Origin: an uncultured Gemmatimonadales bacterium | GTDB taxonomy: Bacteria > Gemmatimonadota > Gemmatimonadetes > Longimicrobiales > Gaopeijiaceae | Length of the DNA: 64,000 nt | Direction of reading: 5' to 3' | Assembly (NCBI GenBank): GCA_963809895.1 | Contig: CAWELD010000003.1 | Location: 2,944,001-3,008,000 of the forward strand | Part shown: positions 11,961 through 21,134 of the stretch, in pieces | Numbering within the stretch: the first letter of the stretch is position 1 | How the letters are laid out: each line of letters starts with the position of its first letter | Position numbers and translations under genes: made by a program | The notes under the pieces: generated by a model | The model's input: only the letters and a program-made list of their open reading frames with translations | Told to the model about the DNA's origin: nothing | The model's database searches: none

Positions 11961-14617
11961 TCCTGCGTCTGGCGGGTCTCTGGCTCCGGGGGCTGGTGGC
12001 GCTCTACCCGCCGGGCTTTCGCACCGCCGTCGGGGGCGAGCTCTCACGCCTGCTGCGTGACCAGGCCAGGGATGCGCACCGACGGGGCCCGGGTGCGCTG
12101 GGGTGGTACGTGACACGGGAAACCATCGTGTGTCTCCGGGATGCGGTCCTGGAGTGGCACGCTGCGCTCATGGAGACCGCGAACGGTGAATCGGGAGGTG
12201 GGGTGATGCGGTGGGAAAGCTGGCTACACGATCTGCGGTTGTCGGTCCGGGGACTGCTGAGGCGCCCGGGATACTCGGTCCCGGTGCTCCTGACGCTGGC
12301 GCTGGGGATCGGCGCGAGCACGGCCATGTTCGACGTTCTCCACGGCGTCGTGCTGGCTCCCCTGCCCTATCCCCACCCGGACCGCCTCGTGGAGGTCTTT
12401 CCGGCGGACCCGGATCGCGGGGTACTCTACGTGCCGTTCTCGCTCCCGGACGTGCAGGACTGGGAGGAGCGCTCGCGGACACTGGCGGCCATGGGGGGCT
12501 ACACCACGCTGCCGTCAGACCTGATCCTCACCGGTGGCGCCGACGCCGTCGAGGTGCCCACGGCCTTCGTGACGCCGGGGTTCTTCACGGCGCTCGGCAC
12601 CGAGCCGCAGTTGGGCCGGACCTTCCGCCCGGCCGACGACGACGGGGACAACCGCGTGGTGGTGGTGAGCCACGGATTCTGGCAGCGCCGCTTCGGCAGC
12701 GACCCCTCGGCGGTCGGCCGCACGTTGGAGCTGTCGGGCGGGAGCTACCGGGTCGTGGGGGTGATGCCGCCCGAAGTGGCGTTCCCCGATCCGGACGTCG
12801 ACGTGTGGGTGCTCCTGTCCACCATCCCGGCGTCATCGATCCCACTCCAGATCCGGGGTGTGCGCCTGCTTCAGGCCATCGCACGCCTGGCTCCGGGCGT
12901 GACGCTGGACGATGCCAGGGGCGAGCTGTCGAGCATCGCCGCCGACCTCGCCGCGACCTATCCCGACTCCAACGAGCGCGTGCCAGGGGCCACGGTGCGC
13001 CCCCTCCGTGAGGGCCTGGTGGGCGATGTCGCGGGGGCTCTGAGGCTCCTCATGGCGGCCGGGGCCGTCATCCTCCTCATCATGTGCGCGAACCTGGCCA
13101 ACCTCGCCCTGGTGAGGGAGACCCGCAGGGCGCCCGACATGGCCGTGCGCAGCGCCCTCGGCGCCAGCCGGCGGCAGCGCGTGATGGGGGTCCTGACGGA
13201 GAACCTCGTGCTCGCGGTGGTCGGGGGAGCGTTGGGTCTGGCCCTGGCGGTCTGGGGCACCGACCTGCTCATGGCCCGGAGCGCCCAAACGCTCCCCCGG
13301 GCCGGCGAGGTGGGGCTCGACTGGACGGTCGGGGGCTTCGCGCTGCTGGTTTCGCTGGCGGCGGGATTCGCCTTCGCCCTGATTCCGGGCCTCCGGGCCG
13401 GGGGCACCGACCTCTCCCTGGCGCTCCGCGAGGGTGGGCAGCGCGCCACGGGTCGGGGGGGTGGCGCACTGGTGGCATCGCAGGTCGCCCTGGCGGTGGT
13501 CCTCCTCGTGGGCGCAGGGCTCCTCGCCCGCAGCCTGGCGGCGCTGGGCCGGGTGGATCCCGGCTTCGATCCGGAGGGGCTCGTGGTGGCCGCCATCAAC
13601 TTCCCCTCGTCCCGATACCCGGACCGACCGGCCTACCTGGCGCGTTACGACGCGACGCTCGAGGGCCTCCAGGCCCTTCCCGGTGTGGCGAGCGCGGCCT
13701 CCATCCGGCGCTTCCCCTTCCGTGGAGAGGGCGAAGCGATGCGCTGGAGGGTGCCGGACGATCCGCAGAGCCCTGAAGACGGGCTCGAGGGCTCACTGCT
13801 GCAGGTGAGCTCGGGAATCTTCGCCACCCTGGACGTTCCCTTCCTCGAGGGCGGCACGTTCTCGGCGATCGACGATCGGGACGGGCGCTCCGTGGTGGTC
13901 GTGAACCGGACCCTCGCCCGCGCCGCCTTCGGGTCGGGGCCGGCGGTCGGACGCTACGTGGACATCGGCCTCGAGGAGCCGCTGGAAGTGGTGGGCGTCG
14001 TGGACGATCTCCGCCAGCAGAGCCTGGTGGACGAAGTTCCGCCGACCTTCTATGTGCCCGAGCACTTGAACCCACGCCGCGGCGCCGCCTTCGTCCTGCG
14101 CACGTCGGACGGAGTCGAGGGCGTGCTCCGAGGCGTGCGCGACCTGGTCCGGACTCAGGACCCCGACCAGCCCATCACCGAGCTCACCACCGCGTCGGCG
14201 GTCCTGAGCCGCGAGCTCGCCCGTCCGCGCTTCTTCGCGCTCCTGCTCACGCTCTTCGCCGTCCTGGCACTGGCACTGTGCGCCGTGGGCGTGTACGGCG
14301 TCGTCTCCTTCGGCGTGTCGCGCCGGCGGCGCGAGATGGGGATTCGCATGGCGGTGGGAGCCAGCGGCCGCGATGTGGTGGTGGAGGTCGTGCGCGGAGG
14401 ACTGAGGCCCCTGCTCGTGGGGATCGTCGCCGGTGGTGCCGTGGCCCTGTTCGCGGTCCGGAGCATGGAGGCGCTGTTGTACGGGGTGGGGCTCTACGAC
14501 CCTCTCGCCTACGCGACCGGCGTGCTGATCATCGGTGCCGTGGGCCTGGCGGCATGCTCCATCCCGGCGCTGCGAGCCGCGCGTACGCGCCCCGTGGAGG
14601 TTCTGACGGAAGCGTAG
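11957..14617 (+). CDS. ADOP-type duplicated ABC permease with N-terminal prefix
   Basis: [45 protein letters not shown] overlap with padR. Confidence 0.92.
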   Translation: MILRLAGLWLRGLVALYPPGFRTAVGGELSRLLRDQARDAHRRGPGALGWYVTRETIVCLRDAVLEWHAALMETANGESGGGVMRWESWLHDLRLSVRGLLRRPGYSVPVLLTLALGIGASTAMFDVLHGVVLAPLPYPHPDRLVEVFPADPDRGVLYVPFSLPDVQDWEERSRTLAAMGGYTTLPSDLILTGGADAVEVPTAFVTPGFFTALGTEPQLGRTFRPADDDGDNRVVVVSHGFWQRRFGSDPSAVGRTLELSGGSYRVVGVMPPEVAFPDPDVDVWVLLSTIPASSIPLQIRGVRLLQAIARLAPGVTLDDARGELSSIAADLAATYPDSNERVPGATVRPLREGLVGDVAGALRLLMAAGAVILLIMCANLANLALVRETRRAPDMAVRSALGASRRQRVMGVLTENLVLAVVGGALGLALAVWGTDLLMARSAQTLPRAGEVGLDWTVGGFALLVSLAAGFAFALIPGLRAGGTDLSLALREGGQRATGRGGGALVASQVALAVVLLVGAGLLARSLAALGRVDPGFDPEGLVVAAINFPSSRYPDRPAYLARYDATLEGLQALPGVASAASIRRFPFRGEGEAMRWRVPDDPQSPEDGLEGSLLQVSSGIFATLDVPFLEGGTFSAIDDRDGRSVVVVNRTLARAAFGSGPAVGRYVDIGLEEPLEVVGVVDDLRQQSLVDEVPPTFYVPEHLNPRRGAAFVLRTSDGVEGVLRGVRDLVRTQDPDQPITELTTASAVLSRELARPRFFALLLTLFAVLALALCAVGVYGVVSFGVSRRRREMGIRMAVGASGRDVVVEVVRGGLRPLLVGIVAGGAVALFAVRSMEALLYGVGLYDPLAYATGVLIIGAVGLAACSIPALRAARTRPVEVLTEA

Positions 14618-14702
14618 GCGCTCGTATGCGGTCGGTGACGTTGCGGCTCACGGCGGGACGGGCCAGGATGCGGGGCGTGGCCCACGCACTCCGGGAGAGC
14701 CC

Positions 14703-17381
14703 ATGAATCGCGCCCTCATCGTCGCACTCCTCGGTCTGGCCAGCGCTGTGGGCTGCACGTCGCCACGCACTCCCGCTCCCGCAGACGCCCAGACGGTACG
14801 GCCCGGGGGGACGCCCGCCGGCGCACCTCCGGCCTACCGGAACCTCTCGCTGCCGGTGGAGGCACGCGCACGGGATCTGGTGGGACGCATGACCCTCGAG
14901 GAGAAGGTCTCCCAGACCCGCTATGACGCGCCGGCGATCGCCCGTCTGGAAATCCCCGCCTACAACTGGTGGAGCGAGGCGCTCCACGGCGTGGCCCGGG
15001 CCGGCAAGGCCACGGTCTTTCCGCAGGCCATCGGACTGGCGGCGACCTTCGACGACTCCCTGGTCCTCGCCGTCGCGCGTGCCACCGCCGACGAAGCTCG
15101 CGCGAAACACGCCGCGTTCGTGAGCCGGGGGCTTCGGGACATCAACCAGGGGCTCACCTTCTTCACCCCCAACATCAACATCTTCCGGGATCCCCGCTGG
15201 GGGCGCGGCCAGGAGACCTTCGGCGAGGACCCCTTCCTCACCGCGCGCATGGGCGTGGCCTTCGTGCGCGGCCTGCAGGGGGACGACCCGCGCTGGCTCG
15301 AGACCCTGGCCACGGCGAAGCACTACGCCGTGCACAACGGGCCCGAGCCCGAGCGGCACGAGATGAACATGGAGCCCAGTGAGCAGGACCTGTGGGCCAC
15401 CTACCTGCCGGCGTTCCAGGCCACGGTGCAGGAAGCCGGGGTGGCGTCGGTCATGTGCGCCTACAGCGCCTTCCGGGGTCTGCCGGACTGCGCGAACGAT
15501 GCCCTGCTGGGAGACATCCTGCGAGATCGCTGGGGCTTCCGGGGCTACGTGGTGAGCGATTGCTGGGCGCTGAACGACTTCTACAAGACCCACGGCTTCA
15601 CGCGAACGCAGGTGGAGGCCGCGGCGCTGGCGCTCAGGGCGGGCACGGATCTGAACTGTGGGGATTCCTATCCGAAGCTCGTCGACGCGGTCCGGAGCGG
15701 GCTCGTGGACGAGGGCGCGGTGGATCGGGCCGTGGTGCGCCTCATGGAGGCCCGGCTCCGTCTGGGCCTCTTCCAGGAGCCCGGCGCCCTGCCCTGGGAC
15801 ACGATCCCCTACGATGTCGTGGCCGGGCCTCGCCATGGCGCCCTGGCGCTGGAGGCGGCGCGCAAGTCCCTGGTGCTCCTCAAGAACGACGGAGTGCTCC
15901 CCTTCGAGGGCGATCCCGGTACCGTCGCCGTGCTGGGACCCGACGCCCGGGCCTACGACGTGCTGGTCAGCGAGTACAACGGGACGCCGCGGTCGCCGAG
16001 TTATCCCGTGGACGCCATCCGCGCCCGTGCAGAAGCCGCAGGCGGGCGGGTGCTCTTCGCGGAAGGGAGCGAGCTCGCCCGGGGAGTGCCGCGGCTCACC
16101 ACGATCCCGTCCAGCGCGCTCACACCCGCCAGTGGCCCCGGCGGCGGACTCCGGGGCGAGTACTTCGCAGGTGCCGCCTTCGACAGCGGTCCCCATCTCA
16201 CCCGCCTGGACTCCGTGGTGGACTTCACCTGGCTCGACGACACGCCCGTCAGCGGTCTCCTGGCCGATACGTTCTCGGTTCGCTGGGCCGGATTCCTCAC
16301 CCCACCCGAGTCGGGAGACTATCGGATCGGCCTGACGGCGATGACCGGCGCCCGGATGTGGTTCCAGGACACGCTCAGGCTCGAGTTCCAGGACCGCTTC
16401 GTGCCCCCCACGCGGTCTTTCGACGCGCACCTCGAAGCGGGCATGTCGTATCGCCTCCGCATCGAGTACCGGAACTCGGGTCCCAATCCCGAGGCCCATC
16501 TGGAATGGACCCGGCTCGACCGGGACAGGCGCGCGGAGGCGCTGGCGGCCGTGCGTGCCGCGGACCGGGTCGTCCTGGTGCTGGGCCTGTCCCCGAACCT
16601 GGAGGGTGAGGAGAACGACGTGGGCGTGCCGGGCTTTCAGGGCGGAGACCGGACCACGCTGTCGTTGCCGGCCCCTCAGGAGGAGCTGCTCCGCGACGTA
16701 GTGACGTTGGGCAAGCCCACCGTGCTGGTGTTGGCCTCGGGAAGCGCGCTGGCCGTGCCGTGGGCGGCGGAGAACGTCGATGCGATCCTGCAGGCGTGGT
16801 ACCCGGGTGAGGCCGGAGGCCGGGCCATCGCCGACGTTCTCTTCGGCGATGCGGTACCGGCAGGCCGGCTACCGGTGACCCTGTACCGATCCGTGGAGGA
16901 TCTCCCAGACTTCGCCGACTACTCCATGGATGGTCGCACGTATCGGTACTTCCGGGGCGAGCCGCTCTACCCGTTCGGCTACGGGCTCAGCTACACGACG
17001 TTCGGCTATTCGGGGCTGCGGGTTCCCGACACTCTTTCCGGCAACCCGTCCGACACGCTGTGGGTGGACGTCACGAATTCCGGCAACCGCGCCGCCGACG
17101 AGGTCGTACAGCTCTACGTGGAGCATCCCGACGCGCCCTTCCGCGTACCGGTTCGGGAGCTCAGGGGCTTCCGCCGCGTCCATCTCGCGCCGGGAGACAC
17201 CCGAACCGTCGGCTTCGCGCTGGACCGGTCGGTGCTCGGCGTGGTCGATCCCCAGGGCCGCAGCGTCGTGCTCCAGGGTGACGTGATCCTGTCCGTCGGC
17301 GGACAACAGCCCGGGCAGGAGGGGCGGCTGCGCGCTTCGACCACTCAGGTGTTGAGCGCCAGAGCCCGGGTGACGCGCTGA
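14703..17381 (+). CDS. GH3 beta-glucosidase/xylosidase with PA14 insert and Fn3-like domain; probable lipoprotein
   Basis: WWSEALHG, RDPRWGRGQETFGEDP, KHYAVH, VVSDC nucleophile motif, AWYPGEAGG; SAVGC lipobox-like. Confidence 0.93.
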   Translation: MNRALIVALLGLASAVGCTSPRTPAPADAQTVRPGGTPAGAPPAYRNLSLPVEARARDLVGRMTLEEKVSQTRYDAPAIARLEIPAYNWWSEALHGVARAGKATVFPQAIGLAATFDDSLVLAVARATADEARAKHAAFVSRGLRDINQGLTFFTPNINIFRDPRWGRGQETFGEDPFLTARMGVAFVRGLQGDDPRWLETLATAKHYAVHNGPEPERHEMNMEPSEQDLWATYLPAFQATVQEAGVASVMCAYSAFRGLPDCANDALLGDILRDRWGFRGYVVSDCWALNDFYKTHGFTRTQVEAAALALRAGTDLNCGDSYPKLVDAVRSGLVDEGAVDRAVVRLMEARLRLGLFQEPGALPWDTIPYDVVAGPRHGALALEAARKSLVLLKNDGVLPFEGDPGTVAVLGPDARAYDVLVSEYNGTPRSPSYPVDAIRARAEAAGGRVLFAEGSELARGVPRLTTIPSSALTPASGPGGGLRGEYFAGAAFDSGPHLTRLDSVVDFTWLDDTPVSGLLADTFSVRWAGFLTPPESGDYRIGLTAMTGARMWFQDTLRLEFQDRFVPPTRSFDAHLEAGMSYRLRIEYRNSGPNPEAHLEWTRLDRDRRAEALAAVRAADRVVLVLGLSPNLEGEENDVGVPGFQGGDRTTLSLPAPQEELLRDVVTLGKPTVLVLASGSALAVPWAAENVDAILQAWYPGEAGGRAIADVLFGDAVPAGRLPVTLYRSVEDLPDFADYSMDGRTYRYFRGEPLYPFGYGLSYTTFGYSGLRVPDTLSGNPSDTLWVDVTNSGNRAADEVVQLYVEHPDAPFRVPVRELRGFRRVHLAPGDTRTVGFALDRSVLGVVDPQGRSVVLQGDVILSVGGQQPGQEGRLRASTTQVLSARARVTR

Positions 17382-17593
17382 CGCAGGCGCAGCCTCCGCC
17401 ACCGGCTCCAGACCCCGCCACTGGTCGAAGAGATCGTCGCGAAAGGCCAGGCGCTCCGGCCCTGCGAGTCATGGACCTCCGAGCGTATTTCAGATAGCGT
17501 TCGGGACCTTACCGGTCGGCCCCGCGGCTTCGGCCTCCGGACGCGGCGGCGGCCGAGCCCGCTACACCGGTTTCGACCGTCAAGGAGAGGATC

Positions 17594-20500
17594 ATGCTTC
17601 CGTCCCGTTCGAGGGCGAGCATCGTACTATACCTGCTGGCGCTGGCTACCCTGCTCTCCGCGGCGCCCGCCGCGGCCCAGACGAAGCTCCTGCGCTTCCC
17701 CGACATCCACGGCGACCGCGTCGTGTTCACCTACGCCGGCGACCTGTGGACCGCGTCGGCCGACGGGGGCACGGCCACCCGCCTCACCGCGCATCCGGGA
17801 CTGGAGCTGTTCGCCAGGTTCTCGCCCGACGGTCGCTGGATCGCCTTCACGGGCCAGTACGACGGCGACGAGCAGGTCTACGTGATTCCCGCCAGCGGCG
17901 GCGAGCCCCGGCAACTCACCTTCTACCCGGCGCAGGGTCCGCTTCCTCCCCGCTGGGGCTACGACAACCAGGTGTACGGGTGGACCCCCGACGGCACCGC
18001 GGTCCTCTTCCGCACGCTGCGCGACGGCTGGGACCTGGGCGACAACCGTCTGTACACGGTGCCCGCCGACGGTGGACTGCCCACGTCGCTACCCATGCCC
18101 CAATCGGGAGCCGGCGACCTGTCCCCCGACGGCCGGCGCATCGTCTACTCGCCGCTCTTCCGGGATTTTCGCGCCTGGAAGCGCTATCAGGGTGGATGGG
18201 CGGAGGACCTGTGGGTGTTCGACCTGGCCACCCACGATGCGCGCAACATCACCAACAACGTTCGCACCGACCGCGACCCCATGTGGATCGGGGACCGCAT
18301 CTACTTCGCCTCCGATCGCGACGACAAGCTCAACCTCTACTCGGTGGCCACCGACGGCAGCGACCTGCAGCAACTCACGCACGAGACCACCTGGGACGTG
18401 CGTTGGCCCAGCGCCGACGAGAACGGCCGGATCGTCTACGAGCTGGGGGGTGCGCTGCACGTGCTGGACACGGGCTCCGGCGCGGACCGGACCCTGGAGA
18501 TCACGGTCCCCGATGACCAGCTGGCAGCCCGGCCCCATCACGAGGCGCTCGCAGGCTACATCGAGGATGCAGGGCTGAGCCCGGACGGGAAACGGGCAGT
18601 CTTCGTGGCTCGTGGCGATATCTTCACGGCCCCTCAGGAGTACGGGCCGACACGCAACCTGACCCACAGCTCGTCGGCACACGACAAAGGCGCCCGCTGG
18701 TCTCCCGATGGCAGCAAGATCGCCTTCATCTCGGACATGAGCGGCGAGGAGGAGCTCTACCTCATCGACCAGGACGGGAGTGGGGAGCCGGAACGCCTGA
18801 CCACCGACGGATCCATGATGCGCTACACCCCCACCTGGTCGCCCGACGGCTCCCGTCTGGCGTTCTCGGACAAGGACGGTCGGCTCTGGTCACTGGAGGT
18901 GGCCAACCACCGGCTGACGCAGGTGGCCCGGGACTCGGCGGGGAGCGTGAGCGACCAGACGTGGTCACCGGATAGCCGCTGGCTGACCTTCAGCCTCTCT
19001 CATCCCAGCGGATTCCGCTCGGTGTACGTGTGGAACGTCGAGGACGGCTCGCTGCATGCAGTGACCGACCCGCTCTCCAATTCGTACGAGCCCGTGTTCG
19101 GGACCGAGGGCCACTACCTCTTCTTCCTGAGCGACCGGGAGTACGCACCGCAGGTCAGCACCCTGGAGTGGGACTACGCCACGGACCGCACCACCGGCAT
19201 CTTCGCCCTCGCCCTGAACACCGATGCGCCGGCGCTCTTCCCGCCCCGGAGCGACGAGGCGAACCAAGACGATCAGGCCAGCGGTGGCGCCACAGCCACC
19301 GAAGGCGACCAGGCGGAAGCCCAGGATTCGGGCCAGGCCCACGTCAACATCGACTTCGACGGCATCGGCGCGCGCATCATCCGCGTACCGGTCACCCCGG
19401 ACAACTACAGCGGCCTCAACGCCGTGAAGGGCAACCTGCTGTACATGAAGACCGGCCCGTTTTTCTACGGCCGCTCGTCGGGCCAGCAGCCCGACCTGAT
19501 GATCTTCAACCTGAAGGACCGCAAGGCCACGACCCTCGCGGCAGGCGCGGCGGGCTACACCGTGTCACCGGACGGGAGCAAGCTCCTGGTCATCCAGGGA
19601 GGAGCGTTCCGGCTCCTCGATCCCAGGCCCGGTGCCAGCTCCACGCAGAGCGTGTCCACCGACGGCCTGCAGGCGGAGATCGATCCGCGGCAGGAGTGGG
19701 CGGAGATCTTCGACGAGGTGTGGCGCCGGTTCCGGGACTTCTTCTACGTGCCGAACATGAACGGCTACGACTGGCAGGCCATTCGCGACCGGTACGAACC
19801 GTTGCTTCAGTACGTCGGCCACCGCTCGGACCTGGACTACATCCTCAACGAGATGATCGCCGAGCTGAGCAACTCCCACACCTACATCGCCGGCGGTGAC
19901 TACGAGATCCCGGACCGACCCGACGTCGCGCTACCCGGCGCCCGTTTCGAACTCGATTCCGCCACTGGACGCTATCGCATCGCCAAGATCTTCGAGGGCG
20001 ACAACGCCGAGCCCACGTACCGCTCGCCCCTCACCCAGGTGGGGGTGGACGCCCATGTCGGCGACTATGTCCTGGCCATCGACGGACGGGAGCTCACCGC
20101 CTCGGACAACCCGTACGACCTGCTGCAGTACAAGGGCGGCCATGCCGTAACCCTGTCGCTCAACGACCGCCCCACCACGGAGGGCGCCCGCCAGGTGACG
20201 TACGATCCTGTCTCGAGCGAGACCAAGCTGGTCTACAAGGCATGGGTGGACGCCAACCGGCGCAGGGTCGATGAGATGACCGACGGTCGGATCGGATATC
20301 TCCACGTCCCCGACATGGGGGCCGACGGTTTGAGCGAGTTCATCAAGTGGTATTACCCGCAGGTGCGGAAGGAAGGGCTCATCATCGACGACCGGGGCAA
20401 CGGAGGCGGCAACGTCTCCTCCATGCTCATCGAGCGCCTGAGCCGCACGCTCCTGGCCGCCGGCTACTCACGCAACAGCGACTACCCCAGCACGTACCCC

Positions 20501-20914
20501 CGGGGCCCGGTCTTCTACGGCTCGTTGGTGACCCTGCTCAACGAGACCTCGGCCTCCGACGGCGACATCTTCCCGGCCATGTTCAAACAGGCCGGCCTCG
20601 GCCCCCTCATCGGCAAGCGCTCCTGGGGCGGCGTCACCGGGATCACGAGCCACGGTCCCCTCATCGACGGTGGCACGGTGAACGTGCCCGAATTCGGCTT
20701 CGTCAGCGTCGACGGACAGTGGGTCATCGAAGGCCACGGCGTGGAGCCGGACATCGAGGTCGACAACGACCCCGCCTCGGTGCTCGAGGGGCGGGATCCC
20801 CAGCTCGAGCGCGCGGTCCAGGAGATCCTGCGCATGATCCAGGAAAACCCCAAGGAGCTGCCCTCACGCCCGGCGCCGCCGGTGCGGGCGCCCGGAGGCG
20901 GCGGCGGCCGATAG
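17594..20914 (+). CDS. Tricorn-like S41 protease (PD40 propellers, PDZ, S41 domain), secreted
   Basis: Signal peptide, repeated (W/F)SPDG, DDRGNGGG, SASDGD, IGKRSWGG, EGHGVEPDI. Confidence 0.93.
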   Translation: MLPSRSRASIVLYLLALATLLSAAPAAAQTKLLRFPDIHGDRVVFTYAGDLWTASADGGTATRLTAHPGLELFARFSPDGRWIAFTGQYDGDEQVYVIPASGGEPRQLTFYPAQGPLPPRWGYDNQVYGWTPDGTAVLFRTLRDGWDLGDNRLYTVPADGGLPTSLPMPQSGAGDLSPDGRRIVYSPLFRDFRAWKRYQGGWAEDLWVFDLATHDARNITNNVRTDRDPMWIGDRIYFASDRDDKLNLYSVATDGSDLQQLTHETTWDVRWPSADENGRIVYELGGALHVLDTGSGADRTLEITVPDDQLAARPHHEALAGYIEDAGLSPDGKRAVFVARGDIFTAPQEYGPTRNLTHSSSAHDKGARWSPDGSKIAFISDMSGEEELYLIDQDGSGEPERLTTDGSMMRYTPTWSPDGSRLAFSDKDGRLWSLEVANHRLTQVARDSAGSVSDQTWSPDSRWLTFSLSHPSGFRSVYVWNVEDGSLHAVTDPLSNSYEPVFGTEGHYLFFLSDREYAPQVSTLEWDYATDRTTGIFALALNTDAPALFPPRSDEANQDDQASGGATATEGDQAEAQDSGQAHVNIDFDGIGARIIRVPVTPDNYSGLNAVKGNLLYMKTGPFFYGRSSGQQPDLMIFNLKDRKATTLAAGAAGYTVSPDGSKLLVIQGGAFRLLDPRPGASSTQSVSTDGLQAEIDPRQEWAEIFDEVWRRFRDFFYVPNMNGYDWQAIRDRYEPLLQYVGHRSDLDYILNEMIAELSNSHTYIAGGDYEIPDRPDVALPGARFELDSATGRYRIAKIFEGDNAEPTYRSPLTQVGVDAHVGDYVLAIDGRELTASDNPYDLLQYKGGHAVTLSLNDRPTTEGARQVTYDPVSSETKLVYKAWVDANRRRVDEMTDGRIGYLHVPDMGADGLSEFIKWYYPQVRKEGLIIDDRGNGGGNVSSMLIERLSRTLLAAGYSRNSDYPSTYPRGPVFYGSLVTLLNETSASDGDIFPAMFKQAGLGPLIGKRSWGGVTGITSHGPLIDGGTVNVPEFGFVSVDGQWVIEGHGVEPDIEVDNDPASVLEGRDPQLERAVQEILRMIQENPKELPSRPAPPVRAPGGGGGR

Positions 20915-20919
20915 CGGAA

Positions 20920-20944
20920 TCCCCGAGACCGACGCACTCGGGGA
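20920..20944 (+). terminator. GC-rich hairpin after the tricorn gene, possible terminator (no U-tract)
   Basis: TCCCCGAG-N9-CTCGGGGA. Confidence 0.35.
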
Positions 20945-21041
20945 GCCCATGACCGAGGTCCGGGGCGAGAGCGGCCGCACGGGATCCCTCCGGAACCAGT
21001 AGCGCCATCGGCTTCGCGAGGCGCGGCATCCCCTCGCTGCG

Positions 21042-21070
21042 TGAGACGCCTCTGAGACGCGTGTGAGACG
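21042..21070 (+). promoter_or_regulatory. Three identical TGAGACG heptamers at 11-bp period (direct-repeat regulator site)
   Basis: Copies at 21042, 21053 and 21064, ending 64 nt before ATG 21135. Confidence 0.65.
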
Positions 21071-21134
21071 GCCTCGCACCAGTTGCATTGGGGACGAGCG
21101 ACCCATCCGGTTCCTTCTCGGAGCGAGGCGAGGC

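Noticed and set aside
17382..17593. Longer intergenic regions (also 5339-5455, 57453-57590, 60546-60776) checked for tRNA, riboswitch or sRNA
   Set aside because: No recognisable conserved RNA motif by eye; an Rfam/Infernal scan would be needed to exclude one
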